Below, one piece after another: positions 63,031 through 64,000 of a stretch of 64,000 nucleotides of DNA (position 1 is the first letter of the stretch; each line of letters begins with the position of its first letter). A program made the position numbers and the translations under genes. Under the pieces are notes generated by a model that saw only the letters and a program-made list of their open reading frames with translations, was not told the DNA's origin and did not search any database. Source of the DNA: Patescibacteria group bacterium (GTDB taxonomy: Bacteria; Patescibacteriota; Patescibacteriia; UBA9570; JAHJKD01). The stretch is taken from NCBI GenBank assembly GCA_041660885.1, contig JBAZVM010000003.1, positions 38,894-102,893 of the forward strand, written 5' to 3'.

Positions 63031-64000
63031 TTACATTCCGGCTATTCTAGCGCCGCCTTCGTAATTTTCATCAAAGACCAATTCAGTAAATAACACTTTC
63101 TTTTTATTGTTATAACGATAAGTTTTTACCCAAGCTTGGCCTGCGCTGGCTTGGCTCATGGTAATTTCATCTTTCCTGTCTTCATCCCAATCAGAAGTTG
63201 TCACATCAACAGAACCGAAAAAAGTGTTGCCGAATGGCGTGTAAAATATTTTTTTCCGTTTGCCGTCAGCTTCAAACACTCTTACTTCAGCGATGCGGTC
63301 TCCGGCGGTGCCGGCAATGATTTCATCCGCACCGTCGGCATCAATGTCTCCGGTTGTGATATTTAAACCGCCCGTATATTCTTTTTCAAAGGCGCGGAAA
63401 ACTTGCAGTCTTTCGCCGTTTTCCGAAAGTACGGCAATCAAAGTTTTTTCACCGGATAATAAGCCGGCTATAACTTCGTCCACGCCATCAGCGTCGATAT
63501 CTCCTGAAGCAACATCCACTCCGCTGGTATATGAATTGGCAAAAGGCTCTGTTTGCCAAAGAAGAGTTCCATAGCGGTCGAAAACTTTTACTAATGATGT
63601 TTTGCCCGGTCCAGAACCAGCAATTATTTCATCTATGCCATCGCCGTTTATATCACCCGAGGCTACACGCATGCCCTTTTGGTATTTATAGCGAAAGGCT
63701 GTAAATTTACCCAGTAAATAGTCATTCTCCGTTTTTATTCTAATTATGCCGGTGTTATTGATATCTTCGGCTAGAATAATATCTTGCTCTCCCGTGCCCT
63801 TTACATCGCCGATGGCAATATCAGCTTTACTCATTTTTTCGCTGTCCGTGGCCAAGCTCGCGTTCACATCGCCTGTTTGGCATAAAGTTTTTACAAAGCC
63901 GACGTAAGGAGCGTTTTGCACTACTGCTACATGATCTGTTATAGAAGAATTGGTCTTATTGATAAATTGAATAATTTTTTTATTTTTATTTCCAAAATTA
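63031..64000 (-). CDS. FG-GAP/VCBS-repeat protein, 5' end outside the window
   Basis: Repeated GDI(N/D)GDG.DEIIAG calcium-binding FG-GAP motifs. My reading of the minus frame shows it stays open from the GTG at 63921 to the window end, so the gene is probably partial. Confidence 0.7.
   Translation of the reverse strand, partial: NFGNKNKKIIQFINKTNSSITDHVAVVQNAPYVGFVKTLCQTGDVNASLATDSEKMSKADIAIGDVKGTGEQDIILAEDINNTGIIRIKTENDYLLGKFTAFRYKYQKGMRVASGDINGDGIDEIIAGSGPGKTSLVKVFDRYGTLLWQTEPFANSYTSGVDVASGDIDADGVDEVIAGLLSGEKTLIAVLSENGERLQVFRAFEKEYTGGLNITTGDIDADGADEIIAGTAGDRIAEVRVFEADGKRKKIFYTPFGNTFFGSVDVTTSDWDEDRKDEITMSQASAGQAWVKTYRYNNKKKVLFTELVFDENYEGGARIAGM

Overview
AT-rich, gene-dense bacterial DNA with short spacers and frequent 1-8 nt gene overlaps. 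It uses the standard bacterial code: TGA and TAA both act as stops and Trp is TGG. Gene content suggests a small-genome Patescibacteria/CPR-like organism, which is an inference and not proven. The supporting features are a short EF-Ts, a sigma-region-4/HARE-HTH protein, a T4CP-like ATPase paired with a membrane protein, and many secreted beta-helix/FN3 proteins.

Layout:
- 1-5.2 kb: the end of secF, then a purine block (purS-purL fusion, purQ, an odd GC-rich spacer, purM).
- 5.2-10.9 kb: an HTH protein, a membrane protein plus VirD4/TraD-like ATPase pair, an SPFH protein and a small lipoprotein.
- 10.9-32.1 kb: a 21-kb surface-protein region. It holds seven tandem paralogous secreted beta-helix proteins (572-596 aa). 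All of them, and four neighbouring secreted proteins, carry the same lysine-rich FN3-like module. The array is interrupted by a minus-strand two-gene unit (130-aa protein plus a radical-SAM-like protein) bracketed by 110-bp direct repeats.
- 32.1-35.9 kb: core minus-strand genes prmC, a lipoprotein, prfA, rpmE and lepB.
- 36.0-44.1 kb: an accessory/defence island between lepB and rpsB. It contains a RayT-type transposase with an internal 28-bp perfect palindrome, RhuM, a compact Dcm/HpaII-like endonuclease/Vsr operon, a 412-aa protein with a C-terminal HEPN-type Rx4H motif, a KilA-N gene bracketed by 184-bp direct repeats, and a RhuM-Fic/Doc fusion.
- 44.2-57.3 kb: rpsB-tsf, PSP1/RicT, a TPR protein, tRNA-Thr, a two-component system with a MacAB-like exporter, a cytochrome-b5-like protein, tRNA-Tyr followed by a hairpin-rich GIY-YIG mini-cassette, tRNA-Thr, rpmG (missed by the ORF track) and tRNA-Trp.
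- 57.4-64 kb: a second secreted-protein cluster (GH114-like hydrolase, FN3-Calx-PEBP fusion, Pmp-like beta-helix, FG-GAP protein).

No rRNA, CRISPR array, integrase or phage structural genes were seen.
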